Source: Candidatus Woesebacteria bacterium (lineage in GTDB: Bacteria; Patescibacteriota; Microgenomatia; UBA8517). Taken from it: DNA of 64,000 nt. The notes under the pieces were generated by a model. The model had not been told where the DNA came from. It made no database searches and saw only the letters and a list, made by a program, of their open reading frames with translations. The DNA lies in the NCBI GenBank assembly GCA_016700095.1, contig CP065002.1:304463-368462 (forward strand). Reading direction: 5' to 3'. Below, piece by piece: positions 22,101 through 30,929 of this stretch. The position numbers and the translations under genes were made by a program. Every line of letters begins with the position of its first letter. The first letter of the stretch is position 1.

Positions 22101-25100
22101 ATCAGGTGCAGTAGCGGCAGTCCGAATACGCCAAGGTACAGGCACTAATCGAACAGATACTTGGGTAAGATCAGCAGGTGCACAAATAGCGGGAACTACA
22201 ACTGTTGCGGTTCCATATCCCGAAAATGAAATCGGGGATATGTTAATTATGTTTGTTGGTAGCAGAAACACAGATAATACTACACCAGAAACGCCAACAG
22301 GTTGGACAAGTTTGGGAACATATACAGGTGGATCAGGTACATTCGGAGCTGATGCTGGTAATGCCAGGACGACTGCTTTTTATAAAGAGGTAGAAGAAAG
22401 AGCAAGCGGAACTCAGACTGTGGTCATACCATCGGGAACAACCTCTGTTGGACAAATGGTAAGTCTACACAAAGATGATGTTGATTCATGGACAATTGAT
22501 GCAGATGGAGGAAGTGATAATAGTGGTGGAACTGGTTGGTCGGCTCCAGGAACAGGAATTGATTTAAATGATGACGATTTGGTTATTGTTGGATCAACGA
22601 TGAATACTGATGCATATACTTATTCGGGGCACGCGATGGCGGCAACAAATGTCACATGGGGAGATGTAACGCAGTCTACAGCATTTAACTCAGGAACGGG
22701 AAACGACATGTCACTTGAAATTGTGACAGCAAGGGTTGATAGTATTGTTGGTGGATCGGTAACAAGTGCTCCGACTTTATCGTCAACAGCAAGCGGATCG
22801 ACAGCTAATGCCCCAACCGGTTCAAGCTTTTATGTAAAAATTTCAGGAAATGCTGCTTTAGACTTTTCCGGCATTATTTATACCGGCGAAGGCAGTTCTC
22901 CTTTGGATTGTTCGTCTGGCGGAAACAGGAATGTTGCTTTAAGGGTGGATGGAAGTGGGACATATAGCGCGGATTGTAGTTTGGATACAGGGGAGTGGGA
23001 AATTACGGGAGTTACGGCAGCCGCTGGTACAATTGTCACTGTCTTTTTGGATGGAGAAACTGAAAAGGCTGTGGTAATTACAGAATCATCAGGCGTAGGT
23101 TTAGACAATCTTGATCTTTACCAAAATCATGTGATTGTAAGACATGATAATTCGGGAAGTCTGACCATTGATGATATGAATCAATTTGACGGTGGAACAA
23201 CTGACTGCAGCTCGGGAACAGGTGACTCTGATGTGCAGTTTTGTGCAGTAAGTGGTACACCTGATACGTTGACGGTGGATGACGGTCAGGAACTTTACAT
23301 TTGGACAGGGAATTCTTTTGCTCCGGGAGGTACAGTTACAGTTGATGATATAAAAATTGTAGGTACATATACAGCTGCAGCAAGTGAGAGTATTACCGTT
23401 TCCGGTACCTGGACCCAGTCTGGTACCTTCACCTCAAGTACTTCCACTGTCACCTTTGATGCTCCTGGTGCTACAACTGAGGATATTGTTACAACAGGAA
23501 GTGGAGCATTTAACAATGTTGTCTTTAATGATGGGGAAGGTGGTGCCACTTGGGAGATTGAAGATCCTCTGGATGTGGATGGTAACTTTACCATAACAGG
23601 TGGGACAGTGGATGTTGTAAGTGGAGAAGATAATCAGATTAACGTAGGAGGAAACTGGACCAATGATGATACTTTTGTGGAAAGAAGTGGAAAGGTAGTC
23701 TTTGATACTTCAACTACTGCTACCCTAGATAGTAACTGTTCCGATGTGGGTACTTGTACCAATGAGAATTTCTACGACCTGGAACTATCCAAAGCAAGTT
23801 CGGGGAATACCGTTACTTTGACTAACTTTGGTATACGGGTAACTAATACCTTAACCCTCACTACGGGGACTTTGGTGCAAGGAGCATATAATGTCCGGGT
23901 TGAGGGGGCAACTGCAGTATCAGTAGCCTCAAATGGTATCTGGAGTAATACTTCAACAGGAGACGTGATCCTTGGTGGCTCCTTTGCCAATAGTGGCATA
24001 GTAACCATGCAGGGAACAACAAGCGCTTGCGGAGAAACTGATGCAATTTCAATCACCTCAACTTCAGGTGGAAGTCAAAGGAGTTGGACTAGTTTGGGAG
24101 GTACTTTCAACATGAATGATGTTTCGGTCCAGGACCAGGGAGGAAGTGCTGCAATTACAGTTTACTCTGGTACCAACGTCAGTGGTAACAATTCCAACTG
24201 GGTGTTTGAAGATTGTGTTACCAGTTCTACATCTTCTTCTGCTACAGGACATTCATTCCAAAGAAAGACATTCTACGATGATGAAAATGAAACCTTCTGG
24301 AGGTTTTACCATGATGGTGATGAAGTTGACATAGAATATTCTAAAGATAGTGGTGATACCTGGAGTTCTACTACTGCCTTGGCATATGACACCAATGACT
24401 TTTCTGTCTGGTGGAAAGCAATCACGGTTGGAGAAACCACCACTGAATATGTATGGATGGCAGTTACCACGTCAGATGATATCCTGGTCAGACGCGGGAC
24501 ATTAGGATCAACATCAGTCACCTGGGACAGTGAAGCCAATGTGGTTTCACTTAATGGCACAGGAGCATCTGACACCTACTCATACCCATATATTTCGTTG
24601 GATGATGCAAACTATATGTGGGTGGGAGCAAGACATTACAATGGAACTAACTATACGTATAAGACAGTAAGAAGTGATGCTTCTGACACCGGTAATGCCA
24701 CCTGGAGTGGAGTAGGCTTTGGTTCTACTGTTCCCGTATCCCAAGTATCAGCTGACCAAACAAATGCAAATGTCTTTGGCAACATTGTTCCACTTAATGG
24801 CCAAGACATGTATGCAGCCTTTGTCAGTAACACTCTTCTTCAGGGTTGTGTCTGGGACCACAGTGACGCTGCCTGGGAAGATAGTGATGGGGCAAGTTGT
24901 GTGGGTAGAAGTGATTGGCTTTCAGGATGGGATCAAAGACTTGAAATTACAGTTGACAATACTAACATAGACAGCAATCTTACACATTTTCCATTACTTT
25001 TAACTTTAGGATCATCCGTGGGAACGGAAAGCGATGATGTAAGTACTGTTTTTGATGAACTTGCAAGCGATGCCAATAGAAAAAAGATTGCCGTAACCAA

Positions 25101-26643
25101 ATCTGATGGTGTAAGCGAAATATATGTCGAGATCGAGAAATGGAATGATGCTAGTGAACAAGCTTGGCTTTGGGTGTCAAGCAGTACACTTACCCTTTCA
25201 AGTTCCGCAAATACAACGCTTTACCTTTACTATGATTCCTCCCATGCAGACAATACAACATATGTGGGAGATCCCAATTCTACTCCCGCAGAGAGTGTAT
25301 GGGATAGTAATTATGTAATGGTTCAACATTTTAGTGAAACAAGCGGAACACACTATGATAGTACAAGCAACAATAATGATTCCACTTCAATTACTGTTAC
25401 TACGCAAGGAACAACAGGACATATTGATGGATCTGATGATTTCAATCCAAGCGCTGACAAAGTGAATCTGGGTAGTAACAGTAGTATTGATGATATTATG
25501 AACGGTGGTGGAACTGTAACTGCTTGGATAAACCCAAATAATGCTGGTGAATTTGATAATGGACGCATAGTTGACAAAGGCGAAAATAATGATGCCGGCT
25601 GGACATTTTTGCTTGGAAACTCCTCAAGGAGACTTGAGTTTAGATATGGTTCCGCATCTGATTGGGCACAGTGGTATACATCATCTGCCACAGTACCCAC
25701 GGGCTCGTTTAGTTACGTCGGGTCGACATATGACTCGTCATCTGATACCAATAGTCCGTTGTTATTTATTGACGGACAGTCAGTTTCTGTAACTACGGGA
25801 GATGGTGCTTCTTGGGGATCACCGACTAGTGATGCAAGCGAACCTGTTGTAGTTGGAGCCCGTACTGATGGAGTCAGTTATGCTAGACAATTTGATGGAC
25901 TGATAGATGAGGTGCGTTTGTCGGATATTATTCGTTCTGCTGCCTGGCTTAAGGCTGACTACTACTCGTCGGATGACAATCTAATATCTTGGGGAAGTGA
26001 AGAAACTGGATCTAGTGGTAGTAAGGACAGCATTGATACTGTACCAAGTGGATTAAGCAAAAATATATCGGCCGTTGTTGATACTACCAATTACGATGTT
26101 CACCTTCTTTTTGTAGACGATGAATCAACAGATCAGGTAAGTTACAAAAGATGGGACAAGATAAACCAGGAATGGGATGTAACTGCAACCCTAGTTGCAG
26201 GTGGAACAAGTGATACCGATGCTTACGTATCCCTTTCGTATGATACGGATGCAAGTGATCTTTACGCAATCTGGATAGACACATCTACAAATCACATCTT
26301 CTACACAGCTTGTGACATATCAACACAGTGCAGTTTGGCCAGTGACTGGATAGTAGGAGTAGAAGAGGAGATAGACTGGCATACAGAAACACAACCAACC
26401 AACTTAACCAGTAACTACTCAAGTGGAACCAATGTCTTTGCTCAGTGGTCTGATGGATCAGGTTCACCATACTCTGTTGAGTGGGATATCATTGTGGTGC
26501 CGGAAAACATCTGGTTTCTAATGTTATTATCTCCGCTTTTTACCAAACCTAAGCATAGAAAAAAGATAAAAATGTGGATGATAAAGCTATGTAAAAAATT
26601 GTCCAAAAATTTGGTGACTAAGATTATCGGACAAAAACTCTAA
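16114..26643 (+). CDS. Giant fusion protein paralog 3 (3509 aa): three transposase-like HTH, processive GT2, TM bundle, ~2900 aa surface region with tandem modules and LamG, VPE-CTERM-like tail
   Basis: HTH: 'ITKLAKKYKVSRKTLYSWLKRYKN' and 'VSSLSDSYAISRKTLYQWIRKIQ'. GT2: 'LVCDDSTDE', 'FDADFVPYPD', 'ITEDYELTL', 'QRMRWAEGH'. LamG: 'FDGLIDEVRLSDIIRSAAWLKADYY'. Tail: 'VPENIWFLMLLSPLFTKPKHRKKIK...'. Confidence 0.85.
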   Translation: MSARCKSKYSPSEKETIVLECIGNNKSITKLAKKYKVSRKTLYSWLKRYKNSANRNKNKALVNAYVKGKDHPKSKVSSIKSKVIRIVSAHPEWGARSISNELKKQGCDIGFFAVHTFLQSMSIERRDLRESFATNYTGPGRYMPDVKLEIINKFRQGETVSSLSDSYAISRKTLYQWIRKIQNISDVSKYDLADAYVSGEKHPFAVYPKIEAHLLSIVKKHPDYSIHKLAELLPVSSWTVWSTLSRNGLSTYTERQRFANQGGVIGKTDYSPQVRSTLEQFMPTLAPAPPPVSSSRIKTNLKPSYKQLARHFLFSAISSLIVALTTRYWVSILISASSFSEGIGLVLATVALFSGGIFFLYSLKYYLTLAVVLSYSQDEKENADEKSPTKFISWLLGKNGSSHNFGKSGLEPNLEHVNLKNHPYISVQIPFFNEKYVAERAISAAINFDYKGDYEVLVCDDSTDETTQIIRSLQQKYLPDNKKLKIFINKEEGWELSTVEVRPGVLLKHLHRTSRSGFKGGALKVALNLVDPRCEFITIFDADFVPYPDSLDLFLKYFKLQNNGSEDYTHSDVAAVQGYQWHVLNKSENWITRGVRSEYAGSYVIERSGQEIYGGLKHISGSVYMIRRAPLTEVGWDTSITEDYELTLKLYEKGYRVVYTPYIQAPAECVSTLKRLIRQRMRWAEGHSHNVKLMWKKLLFGSWEEKESVGSSNSKCFVPSPLTAAEKIEFLFNMPYYLQAFLFLIGTFAWLLSETVFQARLPFWTVIWGWSLILTNMFSLPLVNAVGLFLEESEDRDYVGLVSFTLLSYIVVPFQAYASLKGFLEKEEGGWFRTPKTGRITDVIARGRFYRFISGILPGKENVSSLDTNYLSMVTANNIFNTFSIKRKTQRWVGKLALTSMVAVSLLIVSFAPYIPIGRNGVLAFDANSIVSPGEAKHTSDFSFENETNNFSITGLSRDFKVDEVPGFHLDVKTALVERVRINFNQVIGKELSKTIQAKVLDKNGNEALDVEITKDTESKFDVTINPQGRVVPGVYSLHVSDNFGNVIVQDFSWGVLVINTNKSVFHTNEEAKISMAVLDEKGVMVCDAKLELGIRNLELGIDETLSTQNDRIKVTPGCGKKDMVLTPDYEAGFTVSGKGVYEMILTAVTKNGRYLIADSFEVRDYVDFDIERMTATRIYPALEYPVFIQVVPTSSFSGIVSERVPADFVVSEFTHEDFSEYQMGQNASSQFLGTKMAGDYQYIEWLVSWDKGEKYTIGYKYDAPDISPEYYTLGPVSIGGFTEGREWQIAVDAISPVVGFFTNTTRAWTVAEDTDLDLSQPNPMDGDLMLASIAIRPSASTVNTPTGWTAAGSWTGTDSADPEADNTGSVGLYWFYKVADGSEGEATQKFTENGTTSVWMGDIMLLRSGTKAYSISAGGYSINGDTGTWGGTLDTDIGLTSGDIVLIAGAQNGNPSASSAQNITATGINVKSTVREHGEFASTTGNNIEVDLAETQIWEGTNTDTPVITFTQGTPVSGAVSAIRIRQGTGTRRTDTFVRSNGLAAAGTASVSVPYPDHDIGDLLVMMISTRDDAEVTPTTPATWTSLGTYNGGAGSYAADSGNARITAFYKRAEARWAGSQVVAISGGDMALGRMVSIHMDDAGSWNFDVDGGADSSAGTAWQVDGEAGIDVDSANGGDVVLVASTTNTDARTYSGYGLTITGATITGFGENAEIISSTGNDQTMTFGHGEVTDGSATGVTPVYTMTANGTSGNNPAGVSMIIKVIGVAQSLATTPVMGFFSPTATWTAAADTYLDLRQPDPREGDLMLANIVIRPSTSTVDTPTGWTSLGSWTGTDGADPEAEDTGSVRNYWFYKVADGSEGTATQRFEEQGTTSVVMGTITQVRSSTKAYSLSAGGYSIDGDATNWNGTLDTDIGLTQGDLVLVSASQNGNLSNTSAWDINATGVNYKMEVREHGEYASTTGNDVEVGLGVTLIWEGTNSATPTVNLTQSAAASGAVAAVRIRQGTGTNRTDTWVRSAGAQIAGTTTVAVPYPENEIGDMLIMFVGSRNTDNTTPETPTGWTSLGTYTGGSGTFGADAGNARTTAFYKEVEERASGTQTVVIPSGTTSVGQMVSLHKDDVDSWTIDADGGSDNSGGTGWSAPGTGIDLNDDDLVIVGSTMNTDAYTYSGHAMAATNVTWGDVTQSTAFNSGTGNDMSLEIVTARVDSIVGGSVTSAPTLSSTASGSTANAPTGSSFYVKISGNAALDFSGIIYTGEGSSPLDCSSGGNRNVALRVDGSGTYSADCSLDTGEWEITGVTAAAGTIVTVFLDGETEKAVVITESSGVGLDNLDLYQNHVIVRHDNSGSLTIDDMNQFDGGTTDCSSGTGDSDVQFCAVSGTPDTLTVDDGQELYIWTGNSFAPGGTVTVDDIKIVGTYTAAASESITVSGTWTQSGTFTSSTSTVTFDAPGATTEDIVTTGSGAFNNVVFNDGEGGATWEIEDPLDVDGNFTITGGTVDVVSGEDNQINVGGNWTNDDTFVERSGKVVFDTSTTATLDSNCSDVGTCTNENFYDLELSKASSGNTVTLTNFGIRVTNTLTLTTGTLVQGAYNVRVEGATAVSVASNGIWSNTSTGDVILGGSFANSGIVTMQGTTSACGETDAISITSTSGGSQRSWTSLGGTFNMNDVSVQDQGGSAAITVYSGTNVSGNNSNWVFEDCVTSSTSSSATGHSFQRKTFYDDENETFWRFYHDGDEVDIEYSKDSGDTWSSTTALAYDTNDFSVWWKAITVGETTTEYVWMAVTTSDDILVRRGTLGSTSVTWDSEANVVSLNGTGASDTYSYPYISLDDANYMWVGARHYNGTNYTYKTVRSDASDTGNATWSGVGFGSTVPVSQVSADQTNANVFGNIVPLNGQDMYAAFVSNTLLQGCVWDHSDAAWEDSDGASCVGRSDWLSGWDQRLEITVDNTNIDSNLTHFPLLLTLGSSVGTESDDVSTVFDELASDANRKKIAVTKSDGVSEIYVEIEKWNDASEQAWLWVSSSTLTLSSSANTTLYLYYDSSHADNTTYVGDPNSTPAESVWDSNYVMVQHFSETSGTHYDSTSNNNDSTSITVTTQGTTGHIDGSDDFNPSADKVNLGSNSSIDDIMNGGGTVTAWINPNNAGEFDNGRIVDKGENNDAGWTFLLGNSSRRLEFRYGSASDWAQWYTSSATVPTGSFSYVGSTYDSSSDTNSPLLFIDGQSVSVTTGDGASWGSPTSDASEPVVVGARTDGVSYARQFDGLIDEVRLSDIIRSAAWLKADYYSSDDNLISWGSEETGSSGSKDSIDTVPSGLSKNISAVVDTTNYDVHLLFVDDESTDQVSYKRWDKINQEWDVTATLVAGGTSDTDAYVSLSYDTDASDLYAIWIDTSTNHIFYTACDISTQCSLASDWIVGVEEEIDWHTETQPTNLTSNYSSGTNVFAQWSDGSGSPYSVEWDIIVVPENIWFLMLLSPLFTKPKHRKKIKMWMIKLCKKLSKNLVTKIIGQKL

Positions 26644-26669
26644 TTAGCGAAATCAACAAATATGAAAGC

Positions 26670-28094
26670 TTGCCAAATATATTTGAAACATATACCAATT
26701 GTGATAATGTAAGTAAACGTTTTGGTGCAGGAAATTATATGGAAAAAAGTGCTATACCCGAAGAAACTGAAACAATTGCCGCCAAAAGATCAAAAAGGCT
26801 GACGCAAAAAATACTTGAAGCACGACAAAAATTAAATCAACGCAAAGCCTGGTGGAGCAATGCTTTGGTTGAAATACTAATTGTAGGAATTGTTTTTGTG
26901 CTTAATGTTTATCTTGTGATTGAATACTTTGATACCTTTGCTTACGAGACTGCCTTTTCCGGACCTGTCATACCATTGACAATAAAACTTGTCCAAGTAT
27001 TTAATGTTTCGTATTTAAAGGCTTTGCAGTTGGTTAACATATTTTTCTTCATGTTTTTCCCAATTTCCATGTACGTATTTATTAGGCATTTCACAGAAAG
27101 AAAACTGGCGGCAGTAACGGGTATATTAATTATTTCACTTCCGTATTATCCATTTGCTGAGACGAGAATAAATGCGGCACTATTGGCACAAGATTCCGCG
27201 CACATGGCGTCACTTGTAATTATTCCTTTTGCTTTGATTACAATGCATAAGTTTATCAAAGAGGGGAAAACATCAAATTTGATATTTGTTTCTCTAACCA
27301 CTGCCTTGATTGCGTTGGCTTCACCATTTGGACTTCTTACTTATTTGATAATTTCTCTTGTGGTAACGTTTTCTGAAGTTTTATTGGGAAAAGGGCGCTT
27401 GAAACTGACGAGATTAATATTTGCGCTTATAATTGGTGCTGGCTTGACATCGTTTTGGTACAATCCCGGTTTTATATATTGGATAATTACCGGTCCGATG
27501 GGTTCGGACTTGAAAGGTACTTTGTCGAGATTGATACCCATGACCTTTTTTACTTTACCAATATTGGCCACCTTTGGCTATCTATTGTTTGATCGAAAAC
27601 CGCAATTGCAATCATTGTTTGTTTCCTTTTTCCTGCTTGTTTCTTTTTTGGTACTTTCAAGCGCCGGAGGTGGAATATTTTCTCTGCACCCAAGTAGATA
27701 TGTGCCGGAATTGGGAATTTCTTTGGCTTTTTTTATTGGTATTGTTTTTGTCCGAATTGGAGATTATATATCGATGCGTGAACTTAAAATCAATAAAGCA
27801 AAACCAGGCATTAATGGTAAAACACTAATCAGATCAGCAACCGTACTTGTGCTTGTTATGCTTATCGTTGGTGTGATTTTGGGAAAAGAGAATGTTTCTC
27901 AGCCCAGAAAAGTACTAGGATACTGGTCCCAAGTAGAAAAGAGTGAAATTTGGATGGCAAGGGATGAAGTGAGAGGATCGTTTGTTATACTTGGTTATAT
28001 AATTACGTTTTCAAGCGTATCGGCACTAGGATTTGTTTCGCTTGAGGCTAGAAAGGAACAGAAAAGCAAAATAGTTAAGAGTTATAAAGTTTGA
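26670..28094 (+). CDS. Polytopic integral membrane protein (474 aa), function unknown
   Basis: About 10 hydrophobic helices. Lies immediately after giant paralog 3. No mini-sortase motif. Confidence 0.5.
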   Translation: MPNIFETYTNCDNVSKRFGAGNYMEKSAIPEETETIAAKRSKRLTQKILEARQKLNQRKAWWSNALVEILIVGIVFVLNVYLVIEYFDTFAYETAFSGPVIPLTIKLVQVFNVSYLKALQLVNIFFFMFFPISMYVFIRHFTERKLAAVTGILIISLPYYPFAETRINAALLAQDSAHMASLVIIPFALITMHKFIKEGKTSNLIFVSLTTALIALASPFGLLTYLIISLVVTFSEVLLGKGRLKLTRLIFALIIGAGLTSFWYNPGFIYWIITGPMGSDLKGTLSRLIPMTFFTLPILATFGYLLFDRKPQLQSLFVSFFLLVSFLVLSSAGGGIFSLHPSRYVPELGISLAFFIGIVFVRIGDYISMRELKINKAKPGINGKTLIRSATVLVLVMLIVGVILGKENVSQPRKVLGYWSQVEKSEIWMARDEVRGSFVILGYIITFSSVSALGFVSLEARKEQKSKIVKSYKV

Positions 28095-28315
28095 CCCAAC
28101 GTGTATGTTATACCTATATAACTTATAAAATAATTGGATCCGAAGTTGAGAATATAGTTTAGTTAACTTCGGAATTTTTTTGGTCACTCAGGTTTTAAAA
28201 ACAATCCGAGGATATAGTTTATTTAAAAGCATTGCTTTAGGTTATTAAAGTATGTAGCGGGGAATATTACGGGTCGAAACGACATAGTAAGCGACATTTT
28301 GCTTAAATATGTCAT

Positions 28316-29605
28316 ATGGAAGTATTCATTCCTAGGGTGTACAGTTGCGATATGACAAATATAGAAAACAAGATTACAAGAAAGGTGGCAATATTTCATT
28401 GCGGCTTTATTTACTCGGGAGGTGGAGAAAGAATTGTATTGGAAGAAGCAATTGGGTTGAAAAAAAAAGAGTATGAAGTAGTTGTCTACGCACCGACATT
28501 GGATAATAAAAAATGTTTTCCACACATGGTGAGAGAGCTTGATGTAAGAACTTTCATATCACATCGAACGAGGTTTTTGCCGGGTGGATATGCACTTAAT
28601 TTGGTGCTCTCCAGTTTACTTGCACCATTTTTTGCCTACAATTTTCGGGATGTGGATATTTTTGTTGGAGCTAATCAACCATCTGCTTGGATAGCATTTT
28701 GCATAGCCAAGATACTTCGTAAACCATATATTGTTTATCTTAATCAACCAAACAGAGTCGTATATCCCAGACCTGTTGACCTGGAATATGGATGGGCGAC
28801 AACGGTCAAGGATTACCATAGGCTTTTTAAATTGTTTCACAAAGCTCTCAGGCCTGTTATATCTTGGCTTGATAAATCAAGCATTCAACACGCCGACAAC
28901 TTACTTGTTAATGGGAAATATATAGGTGATATTATTGAAAATATTTATGCCAAAAAGACGGTTGATGCACCTGCTGGCGCTTATGCGTATCCACTTAGTT
29001 TATTAACGACAAGTCCGCAAGTATATAAGGGAAGTATAAATATCGCCGGTCAAAAAATAAATAAACCATATGCTTTGATTACCAATAGACATGATCCACA
29101 AAAAAGATTTGATTATGTAATAGAAGCGCTTGCAATAGTTCTGAAAACTTACAAAAATGCTAAATTAGTGATTCCCGGACCATTTACAGATCATACTAAA
29201 AATCTAAAGATATTGGCAAAAAAACTTGGTATTGAAGACAAAGTAATATTTTTGGGACAGATAAAAGAGGACGATCTAAAAAAGCTATATCGCCATACAT
29301 CAGTTTATTGTTATCCGTCTCCCGAAGAAGATTTCGGACTTGGACCACTGGAAGCCGGTGGATGGGGAGTACCAACGGTTGCATGGAATCACGGTGGGCC
29401 GACAGTGACAGTGGACAATGGTGTTACCGGTCTTTTGGCTAAACCGTATGATATCAAAAATTATGCTAAACACATGCTGACCTTATTTAACGATCCGAGA
29501 TTGCGAGCAAGGATGGGGAAGGCGGCGTGGAAAAGAACAAAAAATGAGTTTAGTTGGGAGAAACACATCGACACGATTGAAAGTGTTATTAATGAGCTTA
29601 TTTAA
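28316..29605 (+). CDS. Glycosyltransferase family 1 (GT4-like), 429 aa
   Basis: C-terminal 'YPSPEEDFGLGPLEAGGWGVPTVAWNHGGP' is the GT-B/GT1 E-x7-E-type donor-binding motif. N-terminal 'FHCGFIYSGGGER' Gly-rich loop. Confidence 0.75.
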   Translation: MEVFIPRVYSCDMTNIENKITRKVAIFHCGFIYSGGGERIVLEEAIGLKKKEYEVVVYAPTLDNKKCFPHMVRELDVRTFISHRTRFLPGGYALNLVLSSLLAPFFAYNFRDVDIFVGANQPSAWIAFCIAKILRKPYIVYLNQPNRVVYPRPVDLEYGWATTVKDYHRLFKLFHKALRPVISWLDKSSIQHADNLLVNGKYIGDIIENIYAKKTVDAPAGAYAYPLSLLTTSPQVYKGSINIAGQKINKPYALITNRHDPQKRFDYVIEALAIVLKTYKNAKLVIPGPFTDHTKNLKILAKKLGIEDKVIFLGQIKEDDLKKLYRHTSVYCYPSPEEDFGLGPLEAGGWGVPTVAWNHGGPTVTVDNGVTGLLAKPYDIKNYAKHMLTLFNDPRLRARMGKAAWKRTKNEFSWEKHIDTIESVINELI

Positions 29606-29634
29606 TTCGAATTGATACACGAGTTCCATTAATG

Positions 29635-29737
29635 TCATTCCCGCTCCCTGTCTGTTATTCCCGCTCCCTGTCTGTTATTCCCGCTCCCTTTCTGTCATTC
29701 CCGCTCCCTGTCTGTCATTCCCGCGGACGCGGGAATC
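29635..29737. repeat. 20-bp direct tandem repeat, ~4.5 copies (tcattcccgctccctgtctg)
   Basis: Units at 29635, 29655, 29675 and 29695 with 1-2 mismatches. The fifth unit degenerates into the palindrome attcccgcggacgcgggaat. Confidence 0.9.
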
Positions 29738-29775
29738 CAGAAAAATACACTGGATCCCCGATCGTAGTCGGGGAT
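29717..29775. promoter_or_regulatory. Two adjacent perfect hairpins: attcccgcg-ga-cgcgggaat and atccccga-tcgtag-tcggggat
   Basis: Inverted repeats read directly from the sequence. They lie between the GT1 gene and the next gene. No canonical U-tract, so an intrinsic-terminator role is uncertain. Confidence 0.4.
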
Positions 29776-29872
29776 AACAAAAGAATAATACTGGATCTCA
29801 AATCCCACTTTACTTAACGCTCCGTATCACGTAAGTTGAATTTAATTTGCAACGAGGTGGTAGAATACGATT

Positions 29873-30730
29873 ATGAAAGAGAGAAGTGTAACAATTGGCT
29901 TAACAGAAGCAGCACAAATGGCTGCTGACAGAAGAAATTTCAGAAGACGATTAACCGAACGTATACATGATGCTCAAGTTATGGGTTATGAAGCTTATGA
30001 ACCAATACCTGGGTGGACGACTACTTTAGAAACCGTTTTTCTGTTACCGGTTCTAGATGAATACGATCGGTTTTATAGAAAGCATGAAATTCAAAGTCAT
30101 GTCGTTGCAGTGCACAGTCCATGGACACATGATAGATTAACTCATCCTGGTCCAGCTGCAAATGATACAGCGAAAGCATATTTGGGAAGATATCCTTTAA
30201 CACTTTCTACTTCAGTTCCGTTCTTGGGTATAGTTGCTGCCGAAAGGATTTGCCAAATAGCCGATGCTCAATTGGTAACACATTGGCCGCAGATTGAAGG
30301 TGGGATAAAAAATGCTACACCATGGCAAAACGCCGCCCGAAAGCATATTCAAAAGATTAATGACGGAATTACCCAAAAACAAACCGCTGAAATGCATGCG
30401 CTAATTGGAATGAGTGATGACGAAATTGCTCAATGGCTAGGAGAAAATGAACAAAGAAAGTTGGCAATCGTAAGCGGGAATGATGTGCGAAACCGGGTAT
30501 ATGGAAGAAAGTCAAGTGTAGATTGGAGGAAAAAAGCACAATTTGTCAATGGATTTTATGTTAAAGAAGGTTGGGATGAAGATACACTGAAAGGTGACTT
30601 GGAAACTGTGTTAAGTGTGACAAAAGAACCGATTTGGCTAATGGTTAATTACGCAGGTGGTGCAAACAGTAAAACAGCTGAGGAAATAGGAAGAGTAGTA
30701 AATAGTGTGTTAGAAGCAGGTGGTGACTAA
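29873..30730 (+). CDS. Hypothetical protein (285 aa)
   Basis: Long ORF with coding-like composition. No motif recognised. Confidence 0.5.
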   Translation: MKERSVTIGLTEAAQMAADRRNFRRRLTERIHDAQVMGYEAYEPIPGWTTTLETVFLLPVLDEYDRFYRKHEIQSHVVAVHSPWTHDRLTHPGPAANDTAKAYLGRYPLTLSTSVPFLGIVAAERICQIADAQLVTHWPQIEGGIKNATPWQNAARKHIQKINDGITQKQTAEMHALIGMSDDEIAQWLGENEQRKLAIVSGNDVRNRVYGRKSSVDWRKKAQFVNGFYVKEGWDEDTLKGDLETVLSVTKEPIWLMVNYAGGANSKTAEEIGRVVNSVLEAGGD

Positions 30731-30929
30731 AAATAAAATTAACATACACATTTTTTAATTTTCAGAAGTTTTGGACGAGCCCCCTGAAGATATTATTTAA
30801 TGGTTTCTGAAACAATTAACAATTAAAAAACTCAGGTAACAAAATTATCCAAACTAGATTTGTATGCCAATTCCGCAAACTCTAATCCTATCAATTAACT
30901 AAACCCTCCTCATCTGATATTATCTTTAT

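Noticed and set aside
26670-28094. A third, divergent sortase after giant paralog 3
   Set aside because: The 474-aa membrane protein lacks the WNCLGWQS, GLRGxY and NxFR motifs and is 2.5 times larger. It is treated as an unrelated polytopic membrane protein.
29635-29737. Possible CRISPR array, suggested by the regularly spaced 20-bp 'tcattcccgctccctgtctg' units
   Set aside because: The units are directly abutting with no spacers. The unit is too short and there are only ~4.5 copies. It is a simple tandem minisatellite, not a repeat-spacer array.
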